Source of the DNA: Monocercomonoides exilis PA203
Taxonomy: Eukaryota; Protista; Preaxostyla
Direction of reading: 5' to 3'
DNA: 64,000 nt
Assembly (NCBI GenBank): GCA_001643675.2
Contig: LSRY02000043.1
Span: 805,232 to 869,231, forward strand
Shown here piece by piece: positions 26,944 through 38,284 of the stretch. A model generated the notes under the pieces. The model saw only the letters and a program-made list of their open reading frames with translations. It did not search any database and had not been told where the DNA came from. Both the position numbers and the translations under genes were made by a program. Every line of letters begins with the position of its first letter. The stretch's first letter is position 1.

Positions 26944-27864
26944 ATGTTTTTCGTATTGTTTTCTTTGTGTGTTGCCCACGAATGGGACGATATTGTAATG
27001 CAAGTTAATAAACGGTCTGATGTATCTTGGGTTTCTGGTCACAACAAGCGATTTGAGGTAATGAGCAAAGTTCAAATACTCGGATTGATGGGTGCAAAGA
27101 TGCCCCAAGAATCTCCATTAATTCCAGTAATAAATGAAAAAAGAGTTGATCTTCCTTCTGAATATGACTGTCAACAAGAATATCCTCAGTGCACAACTAT
27201 CGATCATGTTTATGATCAAGGATATTGCGGCAGTTGTTGGGCAATGTCAACTTTCGAATCTCTTCAAGACAGATTTTGCATTCACTCAAATGGATCGATG
27301 ACGCCCTTGCTTTCAGCTCAGCATCTTGTTTCATGTGGGCCTTGCAATGGATGTTTCGGAGGATGGCCAACAACTGCGTTTTCTTTTATTCAGAAAAATG
27401 GATTAACCACTGAAGAATGCATTCCATATCAAATGGGAATTTGCCATCATCATCCATGCGATTATTGGAAAACTCCAAAGTGCAACAGAACATGCTATCC
27501 AAATACAAAAGTACCAATTGATAAAGAAAAATATTATGTCAAATCTCAAGCACGCATCGGTTCAAATGAAGAATCAATTAGAACTGAAATCATGAACAAT
27601 GGTCCCGTTACAGGAGTTTTCACAGTTTATGAAGATTTTATGACATATAAATCTGGAGTATACCATCATGTATCTGGAAAGCAACTTGGACTTCATGCGA
27701 TAAAAATTGTTGGATGGGGAGAAGAAAATGGAGAAAAATACTGGAAAGTTGTTAATTCTTGGAATACAGATTTTGGGATGGAAGGGGTATTTTTCATTAA
27801 AAGAGGAAGAAATGAATGCGGTATTGAATCGAATATTGTATCTGGAATGCCACGTATTAACTAA
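26944..27864 (+). CDS. Cathepsin B-like cysteine peptidase (papain family C1A), intronless
   Basis: Signal peptide MFFVLFSLCVA, propeptide, catalytic QGYCGSCWA, GLHAIKIVGWG, NSWN and a C-terminal GRNECGIE. Confidence 0.97.
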   Translation: MFFVLFSLCVAHEWDDIVMQVNKRSDVSWVSGHNKRFEVMSKVQILGLMGAKMPQESPLIPVINEKRVDLPSEYDCQQEYPQCTTIDHVYDQGYCGSCWAMSTFESLQDRFCIHSNGSMTPLLSAQHLVSCGPCNGCFGGWPTTAFSFIQKNGLTTEECIPYQMGICHHHPCDYWKTPKCNRTCYPNTKVPIDKEKYYVKSQARIGSNEESIRTEIMNNGPVTGVFTVYEDFMTYKSGVYHHVSGKQLGLHAIKIVGWGEENGEKYWKVVNSWNTDFGMEGVFFIKRGRNECGIESNIVSGMPRIN

Positions 27865-28199
27865 GAATAAATTAATTGAATAGAATGAATAGTTCTATTT
27901 GAGGACATGACCCATTTTAGGAGAAATATTTTTATTTTGCTGTATTTTTAATAACCTTGATATCTTTTAATATTAATTTCATAAAGTTTAATAATAGTAT
28001 TTTTTTTTATAAATTTTAGAATATTATTTCATTCGATATTTGAATTAATATGTTTTTTTTTAAAGTGAAAATTGTATTAAAGTTGGTGAACACTTTTTCA
28101 AAATGAAAGCAGAATTGAAAATGATCAAACTGATTAATTGATAAACAGTATTGTGAGGATTTGCGATAAAATATTCAAAGTTAATTGGTGAAATACAAC

Positions 28200-28515
28200 A
28201 ATTTCAAAAAAAACACGAGAACAAAAACTTCGAGGCGTTAAACTAACATTTGAAGTGAGAAACGCCAATTCATTATTCGGAAAAATATTTGCTGCTCTTG
28301 ATGCTTTTCCACAGAAGGTTTGTTTGATATCAGAAGCGTTAAACATTACGACCAAAATAATTAATAGCGCTGTCAGATGTTATTTCTCCTGACAAACTTG
28401 GAACGAAAAGGAAATTCATGCAAGGATTTGTTTTCTGAATTTCGAGGGTGAAGAAAATGTACTGAATATTGTTCATGAAAAATATAAACAACATGATGGA
28501 ATAACAACACAAGAA
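28200..28515 (+). pseudogene. Probable 5' part (HTH region) of the pogo/DDE_1-like transposase split by the Merlin insertion
   Basis: The frame EGEENVLNIVHEKYKQHDGITTQE continues as LSYL across the TSD at 35390 when the element is removed. It loosely resembles the N-terminal region of the DDE_1 remnant at 46519-46818. Confidence 0.45.
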
Positions 28516-28705
28516 GGCATAGGTGTAAATTGTACCACTTTCAGTTTGAATTTTTTCAAAATTTGAATATCATAGCGTTAATCTGCATAATTTAACTAAG
28601 CGATTCAAGGAGGGAAATTGCGAAATTCGATCATAAAAATTCACTCGATTTTTATGATTGATCAAAAATCCCATAATTTATTTTTTCATTTTTGATCAAA
28701 AACAT
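28516..28705 (+). repeat. Left terminal inverted repeat of the Merlin element
   Basis: Reverse complement of 35200-35389. Confidence 0.95.
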
Positions 28706-28757
28706 AATTAAATAATAAAATTTGAACTTTTAAAATTTTTGAATACTCATCAAATCC

Positions 28758-30299
28758 ATGCAAGAGGAATCAGAAAAGAGCAAATTTCCAACATTTACAC
28801 AGTTTTTAATTAATTCATCAGGGAGCGACGAGTATTCCCTTTCACTGTTTGAAGAATATGGCATTTTGAACAAAAATATTAAATGTCATAAGTGCGGTGT
28901 CAACATGTTACTTAAAAAATGGAGAAATGTTAAAAGCAATTACTCATTTCGATGCATGAGATGCAAAAAGGAATATTTTTGGAATTACAAAACAATATTT
29001 AATGGACACAAAATATCACCATTTTCTACAATGTGCTTGTTGTACCATTACTGGTATCGGCATGAGATAAATGAAACGATAAAAGAAACAAATTTATCAA
29101 ATAAAACAATAATAAAATTCAATCAATTGATGAGAAGAATTTGTGCCTATTTTGAACTGAATTGCTCAGACAAAATAGGCATCAACAAAACAATAGAAAT
29201 GGACGAAACTCTTATTTCAAAAAGCAAAAATAATGTGGGAAGAGTGAAGGAACAACAATGGCTTTGGGGTGCAATAGAAAGAAAAACAGAAGGACAGAAA
29301 CAGAAACTCAAACTTGAATTTCTTCCAAATAGAAATGAACAGTCACTTTTGAAATTTATTGAAAGAAACATAGACAAACCAGCAACTGTTAATTCAGACA
29401 TGTGGTCTGCTTACAACATTATAGAAAAAAAAGGTTACAAACTTCAAAGTGTAAACCACTCAACAAGCTTTGTGAATAAAATAAACAGAAAAATTCACAC
29501 TCAAACTATTGAATGTATGTGGTCGCATGTGAAAGCTCACATACCAAGAAGAGGAAGAACATATCAAATAAAAAAAGAATACATATATGCATATGTTTAT
29601 AGGTTCAATAATTCGAATGATCTTCGGAAAATGATGAGTGACCTCTCCAAAATCAACACAAAAGAATTACAGGCGTTCATATACACATATGAGAAGTGTG
29701 AAGGCAGAATATCTTCACTCTTAAAGGAAGAAAAAGACAAAGGAAAAGAATTATATGAAAAGAAAAAGGAAATAACGCAAAAAGAGGAAATACCAATCGA
29801 AATGTTCGATGCATCTAATTTAGAAATGATATGCAAAAAACAAAAGCGCAAAAGAATTGATGAAACTGACGAAAAAAGTGAAACAACGGATGACGATTCA
29901 AGTTATGATCCAACAAATGCATCCAACCTTGAAAACTTTTGCGACAACGATGATGATGAAGATGATGAAGAGGAGAAAGATGAGGAGGAGGAGGAGGATG
30001 ATGATGAGAAAAAGGAAGACGAAGAAGAAGATGATGATAATGATGAAGATAATTCTCTCAGAAAGAAACGAAAAAGAAAATACTCAACAAAGCAATTATC
30101 TCTTTCGAACATTGAGACACATGGAATTCACATGTGCAAAGAAAACACAGAATTCTATATTGAGCAACGATTGAAAACAATGAAACAAAAATATGAAAGA
30201 AAATTGAGACAATTGAGACAGTTGACTCAAAGGCGAATGCTTCGAAGCTTGCTGAAGTCAAAAAGCTTTGGCACAACAACAAAACCGATAACATTGTAA
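28758..30299 (+). CDS. Intact Merlin/ISXO2-like DDE transposase, 513 aa
   Basis: CHKC...CMRC Zn ribbon, IEMDET (D), VNSDMWSAY (D), VNHS and HTQTIECMW (E), followed by an acidic tail and basic NLS-like clusters (RKKRKRK). There are no internal stops. Confidence 0.93.
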   Translation: MQEESEKSKFPTFTQFLINSSGSDEYSLSLFEEYGILNKNIKCHKCGVNMLLKKWRNVKSNYSFRCMRCKKEYFWNYKTIFNGHKISPFSTMCLLYHYWYRHEINETIKETNLSNKTIIKFNQLMRRICAYFELNCSDKIGINKTIEMDETLISKSKNNVGRVKEQQWLWGAIERKTEGQKQKLKLEFLPNRNEQSLLKFIERNIDKPATVNSDMWSAYNIIEKKGYKLQSVNHSTSFVNKINRKIHTQTIECMWSHVKAHIPRRGRTYQIKKEYIYAYVYRFNNSNDLRKMMSDLSKINTKELQAFIYTYEKCEGRISSLLKEEKDKGKELYEKKKEITQKEEIPIEMFDASNLEMICKKQKRKRIDETDEKSETTDDDSSYDPTNASNLENFCDNDDDEDDEEEKDEEEEEDDDEKKEDEEEDDDNDEDNSLRKKRKRKYSTKQLSLSNIETHGIHMCKENTEFYIEQRLKTMKQKYERKLRQLRQLTQRRMLRSLLKSKSFGTTTKPITL

Positions 30300-30591
30300 T
30301 TTTCTTTTTCCATTGTTTTCTTATCAAACAACATATATCACATCACTCTGAATAATTAAAAGATTGTTTAACTATATCAATAACATCAAAAACCCTCTTC
30401 CGTTTTAATAATTTGGAAGATAAAAAAACAGTAACGATCAAAGTGAACAATAAAAATCCAGTTGAAATTTCTTTATTCCACTTTTTTTCAAAATTAACTT
30501 CATCTTTTGAGACAGTTTCATTTTTATTCATCACTTCAACAACGTTACTAAAAGAAAAACTGTTTTCATCAAATAACATGCACAATCTTTC

Positions 30592-33500
30592 CTCTTGCTC
30601 AGCATCTTCCATCGCAACAACACATCTTTCTGATGCTACACTCACATTCTCTATCGTCATGATCTTCATCACCACCTTCGCTTTCCCTCCAACACTCACA
30701 ACATCTCCTTCGCAACTGATGCTCAAAATGTTCGTTTCAAGCAGCGTCACATTCGATTCTCTGTTGAATAATAGCACCGATCCTGCTGAATGCAAATCTC
30801 TAAATGCTGAATCAAATATCCTCAGCTCTCCGCTTTCCACACCCACAACCGAACTGTTCAACTTCAGTTTATCAGAAGAAGAGATAAACTCGCATTTATG
30901 GATCTCTGTTGATCCATTCTTCACTTTCATTATGTAGCTGTGAGTCGCCACAAATGTATCTTCAAACTCGAATGAGCATCTCTCCACAGCGCTTTCATTT
31001 ATAAACTCCATGATACAATCCTTCTCAAATGATTTCTCAATCTTGGAGTTCAATCTCACAATCGCCTGTGTCTTTTTCAATGAATTCACAACAAGATCTC
31101 CAATCACGCATTCTTCTGTCACAACTCCTTCTCCTTCAATCAGAATCGCATTCATTACACCTTGCTCAATGTGGTCAACCCCACAGTTGATACTGATGCA
31201 TGGATTGCTTTGAGCTCCACACCTTCTGCCGTCAGTTCCTGTTACGTTCACAAACACTTGAAGCCCATAAAAATAGGTGATTAGCGGAATCAGATCAACA
31301 TCTCCCTCACTCTCAACATCCCTCCCACAGATGGAGTTGTTTGAGTTCAATGATTCCTGGTTGTAGTTCAGCGAGAACAGCGTTTCGTTGATCTGGTCTA
31401 GAATTGAATGGCATTTGATGAATATGTCTTTCCCTGCAAATGCCTCGTTCAGCCTGAACAAGATATTCACAATCTTGAAATTCAGAGATGGAATCTGACT
31501 TTCATCATCAATGTTAACTATTGGATCGGCTCCATCAACAAACAGCCCTCCTCCACGCCCTGATCCAGTTGAGCATTTACACATCGAAAACGAGCTGCCA
31601 TTCACCTTCAAAACTGATTCTTCACTCTTCAGCACCAATTTCATTCCTCCTCCTTCAGTGCTCAAATCGCTCCTGCACGTGGACACTGTGCAGTCCTCGA
31701 TCGTGCAATCTATCGCATTCTCAAACGATCCCAATTCAAAGACGCTTGCACCGCTTCCTTCGTTCTTGATGGTTTCAAACGAACAGTACACAACTTTCAA
31801 CACAGGCTTGTTGCCATTCAAATGAGTGTTTTCATTTCCATTCATCTGGTTTTCCTCTTCTATCATCGAAATCAGGCTGTTTGCTGTCAAAGTGGCTGAT
31901 GAAATGTTCACATTCTGAATCGTCACCTGGCTCACACTTGGGCTGAAAGCAATGAACCCTTTCAATTCGTTGATCTTATTCAACGTGCTGCTCTGAATTG
32001 CTGCGCTCCCTCCATTCACTTTTATCAGGCAACACTCAAAACTTTCAACCGTCCCGCTAGCTGACCCAAATGAGCAGTCCGTGACTGACAAGACTGTATT
32101 TGTTCCTGACGATTCAATGAATACTGCATGATTGGTGGTTATGCTGGGTTTGGTGAATGACACATTGAAGAATGACAGACTCACATTCGACGATATCATT
32201 GCACCACTGCTGTCAGCATTCCCATCTTCATCAGTAATTGTCACGCTTGTCCCTTTCTTTGTTCCTTTTATCACAACAGCTGGCGCTTCTGAATCTGGAG
32301 AAGTTGGTGGCAATGAAGGAGAAAATGATATGGGATGGCTCAGCAACCCTGATCCCACAATGTTGATGTGTGTTTCGCCTTTTTCAAGTGTCGAATATCT
32401 CAGAGAAATTATGTGGTTAATCGATGAACATGGTGCTTCTGAATACACACACCCACTGAAATCTCCTCCTTTCTCTTTCGAGACAAACCCATCCCCACTC
32501 CAGTTATCCCACAAATACACAACCAATGGAATCACATATCCATTTTCTCCTGTTGTCTTCCTTTCCCATCCACACAACTCATCCAATGAATTCTTATCAC
32601 TTGCACTCAACTCCTCTTTCAGTTTTTCGTTTGACATAACCTCGTCCAGCTCATTTCCCGATATGAACGCTTTCTTCCCTTTCCAGGCATCGCATCTCTC
32701 AAATGTCACTCCTTCAAGCACAAATGTTCCCATCTCATTTGCCAGCTTCACAAACATCCCTCCTCCCATTCCTCTCCCTCCTTCCTTTCTATCTTTTATT
32801 GGCTCTTCACATCACGATAATTTCACACTCGTCATATTCAAGCTCCCTCTTTTCCCTGCTGATGTGATCATCCCTCCTCCTTTCATCCCACTTCCACCTG
32901 TGCATGTTGTTGAAATGCTGCAGTTATCCACAACTGCGCTTCCTCCTTCTTTTATCGCTGCACCAATGCAACCTCTTCCTTCTCCGCTCCCGTCTTCCAC
33001 CGTCACTCCACTCACTCTGCTGTTCTTGATGTCCAATTTCTCTCCGTTTGAAATTGTTATTGGCGACACCTTATTCATTGTTACTGTTTTTTCCATCACA
33101 AATCCGTCGAAGGTCAGAGTTCCTCCATCAACGTTCAGTATGTTGTATGTAATCTTTTCGCTGGCTGATCCATCGTCTGCAAACGAGACGGAACAGCTTG
33201 TGATCGTAAGTGTTGACATGGAATAGATAAATGCGTTTCTCCTTGTATTTATTTCGCTGAACATCACAAACAACAAATTATTCATGCTAAATGGCAATTT
33301 GCAATTTACAAGATAATTACCGGTTTAAGATCCAATATCCTTCACGTTAATTCTCATCATTCCGTTTGCTGCTGTTGCTGCCTTCCCTGATATACTCACC
33401 TCAATTGTTTCCACTTTTATTTCATCTGATATTGAAGATTCTGAAACAACTTCGATTTCATGAATGCTACTGTTCACTCTTTTGTTCACGCAATATTCAA

Positions 33501-34955
33501 CTGACTTGCACCCAAAATTCTCTAATCCGCAGTAATTGTGATTTAATGAGCCTTCTTTGTTCCCATCAACAGTCAACTTTGATATGACTGATTGCAAGTA
33601 TATAAACAGCGGAATCACTTTCTCTTCGTTCCCATCCTCGCTCCCGCACAACTTCAGCACATCTGTTGGCATTTCGCTTGAATCAAAAAACCCAAATGTT
33701 GTTGCATCTACTTTTGTTTCCAGCAATATTCCCGAACCGCAACTGACAAACACATCCTTTCCGTATTTAGCTTTGTTTGCCGTATCGACCGAAAACTTTA
33801 CTCCTGATGCAATCTCCAACTTGCTTTTCGAGCTCAGCATCTCCAGCATTATTCCTCCGCCTCTCCCTTCAGCATCTTCCCCTTTGTATGCCTCGCATCC
33901 ATCGAACTCGCTCGTCCCATTCACCACAACGCTTCCTTCTCCTTTCACACTCATGCATATTCCTCCTCCTTTTCCGTCTTTTCCGTCTTTTCTCCGGCAT
34001 TTGCAGTTCTTCATTACGCATGATTCAATCACAACAATTCCTATCGGTCCTTCCCCAAAGTCTTCTCCAACTGCTCCTTCCAGGAACCCCCCATTTCCAC
34101 TTTTCTTTTCAATAGAGTTAATAATGCAATCTTTGAAGTGCACAACATTCACCCCTGATTCAACCTTGACCAACGAGTGATCTCCAAATGGCAATGTTTT
34201 TTCAATGACTAACTGCACCACATTGAGTTTCCCTAAAATCGCTTTTACAAAACTGTATGCAAAAAATGTACCAGAAGGAATCAGTGCAAAATTGGTGATC
34301 GAGCAGCTTGTGAGTGTGAGGCATGTGGAGTTGGCCAAAATCAGCGATGTCACGTCTGCAAGCTCTGTTGGCAGTGAAAAGGTTATATTTTCTATTTTGC
34401 ATGTGCTCTGCGCATTGATCAGCCAATCAGAACATATGGAACTCGGGCGAATCACTTTCACATTCATCCCCTTTGTGGCGCAAGAGATCAGCCATTCTTT
34501 GTCAACATCTGTCATGGACACCTCTTCGGCAAGCTCGAATTCTGGACCTAACTCTATTTTTTTATTTCCCCCTGAAAATCGCGCCTGAGCAGTGTGGGTG
34601 ATGGTGGCACACGGATAATAATCAAATCCACAGAACCACGAGTCATATCTCCCCAGAACACCATCTTTCTTTTTGCCCACATGTGCTGCACCAGTATGTG
34701 AGTCCAGAAACACATTTAGCGGGAATTGCTTCATGGTTGTGTCATCTGTGTCATATCCCACCAGTTCATTTAATGATAATATGCTCTGAATACCTTTCAG
34801 CTTTTCTGTTGTTATTCCCCAATTCTTTGAATCACCCCCATTCACTAATACATTATTTCCCCCTGATTTCGCGGTGCAGCCTGTAAAGTCCACAGACACG
34901 ATCGAGAAGTCGTGCGGACCATCTTCCAGATTCACCATTATCCCGCCACCATTTC
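30592..34955 (-). pseudogene. Captured internal fragment of a beta-helix receptor-family gene (transposon cargo)
   Basis: ORFs 33325-34938, 32812-33297 and 30343-32769 share one frame broken only by TAA (33325-33327) and TGA (32812-32814). They contain CGxxxxPC modules, GGG/GKD motifs and IPL motifs like the gene at 48390-60771. There is no signal peptide, native TM or kinase. The segment is visibly more GC-rich than the rest of the element. Confidence 0.85.
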
Positions 34956-35199
34956 AACATCAATAGTAATTGAAACAAAATATATGTTCCTATTGCGAAA
35001 AAATTAATTTTTGCCCTGCGTTTTTTGTCAACATGAAAAACATGAAATCCTCTCCTTATAATAATGATCTGCATCGCAACATAGATCTCTTTGTTGTATT
35101 AATATCATGTATATTGATTTCAACATAACATGCGTTTCCACAAACTATATTTATAAGAATATGCAAATTTTGATATTCTCGGAAATTTAAATATAAATA

Positions 35200-35389
35200 A
35201 TGTTTTTGATCAAAAATGAAAAAATAAATTATGAGATTTTTGATCAATCATAAAAATCGAGTGAATTTTTATGATCGAATTTCGCAATTTCCCTCCTTGA
35301 ATCGCTTAGTTAAATTATGCAGATTAACGCTATGATATTCAAATTTTGAAAAAATTCAAACTGAAAGTGGTACAATTTACACCTATGCC
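35200..35389 (-). repeat. Right terminal inverted repeat of the Merlin element
   Basis: Ends ...TTTACACCTATGCC and is followed by the TSD CACAAGAA. Confidence 0.95.
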
Positions 35390-36531
35390 CACAAGAATTA
35401 AGTTATCTCATTTTTTCTTAAATGCAAAGGCAAAATTTGAAATCATTAAGGATGTCTCTTCACTTTGGACTTAGTCCTGTAATCAAACATTTCGATATAT
35501 AGCTTGTACCACCTTCTCCAGCACATGTGTCCAGATTCATTTCGAAGTCCAAGCTGAAAGTGCTCTCTCCTTTTAATATTACTCCAGCGAAATTGAACTC
35601 AGCATTCATGTCAAACGTCAAAGCATGGTTCAATTTTATGTTCAACAAAGATATCAAGCCATCTGTCAACAAGCTGAATTCATTGACGCAGACAAATAGA
35701 ATGCTGATTTTTGTTCTTTCCAAAAAATAATCGTGCCAGCCGAAGCCAAAAGAGCACCTGCTTCCACAGAAGATCACTCAAATAATCATTTATCAATAAT
35801 GACCACCATTAGACCCTCTTGAATTGCACCTCCACCAATCTTCATTGTTTTTGCCTAGAAAATTGTTTCTCCTGAACTTTTGAAATTCAGAAAAGTGGGC
35901 TCATGTGAAATCCACGTCAATGCATCAGAAAGAACGAACAGAAATGTTTTCTGCTGTTATGCTGTTCATTTCTGCTCATGAATAACAATATGAAGGTTCC
36001 TTGGAAAAATTCAACACAATTCTCATGTTTTTTAACAAACTTGATGGTCATCCATCTCGTCTTTGTTCTTCAGCGTTGGTTTTATTTGAACAATATTAAA
36101 TTTTCGTGTTCACTCTTTCTGGAAATTTGACTCACATAACGCAACATTTTGATGTTGGAATCGCTTGTCCTCTTCGAAACGCATTCAGAAAGCTGATGAG
36201 GAGAAGAAAAATTAAATGGGTGGACGAGCACAATGATGGACAAAAAATGAAAGCCGCTGACAGAAGAAAAATAATCGTTGAGTGTGCAATCGATGCAGAA
36301 AAGACGGCAACATCATTACTGAACAAGGAGAGCGCATTCAGGACAACCGGATTGTTCCCAATCAATCCAGAAATCTTGGTTTCAAATCCGTATGTTTCTG
36401 ATGATACAGAAGACCCTAAGTATCCAGAAGGGATTAGGACAGGAGAATTTGAAGTTCCTTTTAAATGGTTAACAAGTCAAAGTTTTATTTTTTCACTTCA
36501 AAAAAGAGAAATGGAAAAAAGAAAAAAATAA
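35390..36531 (+). pseudogene. pogo/Tigger-like (DDE_1) transposase remnant, 3' part
   Basis: LDGHPSR (~36040-36060) and NLTHITQHFDVGIACPLR match the DDE_1 motifs DGHxSH and T-x-x-x-QPxDVG. The upstream part is broken by stops. Confidence 0.75.
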
Positions 36532-37749
36532 AAAAATATCACGAAATAAATTATCGAATAAGATCATTATGAATTAATGAATCGTTTTGAATAAAAAATA
36601 CGATGCTATTTTCTTTTTTCTTTCTTTTTTATTTTTTATTATTAATATTTATAATAAATATTTTTATTATTTTCACAAGGAACAGTTTTTGATAAAAAGC
36701 ATCATTGAATAATTTTCATGTTGAATAAGATAATAATACACATTGATTTAATTCAAGTTTTTGCTTTCAAAGTTTTAATCATATCGTAATAATTATCCTG
36801 ATGAGTATTTGTTTCTTTACTATTTTCATTTTCTTGAAATTATGTGTGAAGGAACAGAAATTCGAATTAAGCATTCGTCAGACAGACATGTTTATAAATG
36901 TGTGGCATTTTTGAGATAATTATTTCCTGCTTAATTATCGGCTCAAAAATATCTCTTTAATTTGAACAAATGGGGGAAAATACGGACTTTCAAGCTTTTT
37001 TTGCACAAAGCATTGAAAAATTGCTTTACTCATAGCTTTATTTCGCTTTCTCATATTTCAAAATAAATTTGATTTTCGCATCCTTTAACAGGCATCATTG
37101 AAATCAAAACATTATGTTTTGCCGCCTCAAACGAATTTCAAAAAATAAATCGATTTTTATAATGTTTTTTGATATGAAAAAGTCAATGAAACGTGCATAA
37201 TTTTTCGATGAAAATGCCTGAAGTGTTTTATTTTCCTCCTTATATCAAAAGTTTGATGCTCCCTGAGTGAATCATTGAAAATTTTGTTGTTATTCTTTCA
37301 ATGAATTTATCGCACTTCATCGACGATTTTTTTCTCCCCTTCCTAAATGAACGTTATGTGATTAATACACAAAAAAAGAATTTGATAAAACGAATTCAAT
37401 TGATATTAAAAGGAGATAAATTGCTTTTTGCACATTTAAATGTGATTAATAATGAAAACATTTAGCAAAAAATGGATTTTTCTAAACCAAAAGCAAATAT
37501 AATTGTTTCAAAAAAACTTTTGTGTGTATCACATTTCATCTGATCAAATAATAAAAGGTTTGTGATTTTTCAATAAAAATATGAAAGAAAAAAATATCTA
37601 TCATTTGATCTTAAAATAAAAATGAAATATTTTTGGTTTTTTCAGAGAAAAAAATTTATCAAAAAATTTAATAACAGGATGTAGAAAATATCAATTATTA
37701 AAAAAAATGTATATAAAATTGATTTTTATTGTTAACGTTTGATGATGCA

Positions 37750-37812
37750 AAAAAAAAAAATAAAAATAAAAATAAAAATAAAAATAAAAATAAAAATAAA
37801 AATAAAAATAAA
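37750..37812. repeat. (AAAAAT)n simple repeat
   Basis: Tandem hexamers visible directly. Confidence 0.85.
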
Positions 37813-38284
37813 AAAAGATAAAGATAAAATTTGAGGCCTTTGTTAAATTATAGCCGACTTCAAACAATATCTGAACAAATAACAAACTTCAAATAGTTTG
37901 CCCCTTTGAGGAATTTATATCAAAAAAAAATTTTTTTTTTACCATAAACAGTTACAAAAGGAATAACAAAAATTTTAAAATAAAATATAAATGAAAATAA
38001 AAAGTGAAAAAAGATAATAAAATACTCTTCTGAAAAATTATTATATTTTAATCACCAAAATCAACTAAGTTGTAAAAACTGAACAGTATAATCATCAAAA
38101 AATGAAAGCAAATTTCAAAAAAAATAACACACTGCAATTGCAATGCAAAACATTGCACTGCCACAAAAAAGTTAAAAGTTTAAATCATTTAACAAATGAA
38201 ATTCATCTGAAAATGTATATTTTCTTTGTTATTGAGAATTATTTTATAAAGAAGAACAAGAATATATTTGATAACATAAGAATA

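Larger units (their letters stand above)
28516..35389 (+). mobile_element. Cargo-carrying Merlin/IS1595-family transposon (6,874 bp)
   Basis: TIRs at 28516-28705 and 35200-35389 (190 bp, one mismatch seen) begin GGCATAGG. The exact 8-bp TSD CACAAGAA is at 28508-28515 and 35390-35397. The element contains a transposase plus captured host-gene sequence. Confidence 0.95.

Noticed and set aside
495-33327. In-frame TAA codons as evidence for TAA/TAG=Gln reassignment, as known in some oxymonads
   Set aside because: Cathepsin B and the HECT ligase end at TAA exactly at their conserved C-termini, long ORFs lack internal TAR codons, and the broken frames also contain TGA. These are ordinary nonsense mutations.
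30413-34886. Plus-strand ORFs within the cargo (e.g. 32132-33226), and likewise minus-strand ORFs across 48400-60700
   Set aside because: They are antisense shadows of the receptor-family frame with no independent motifs.
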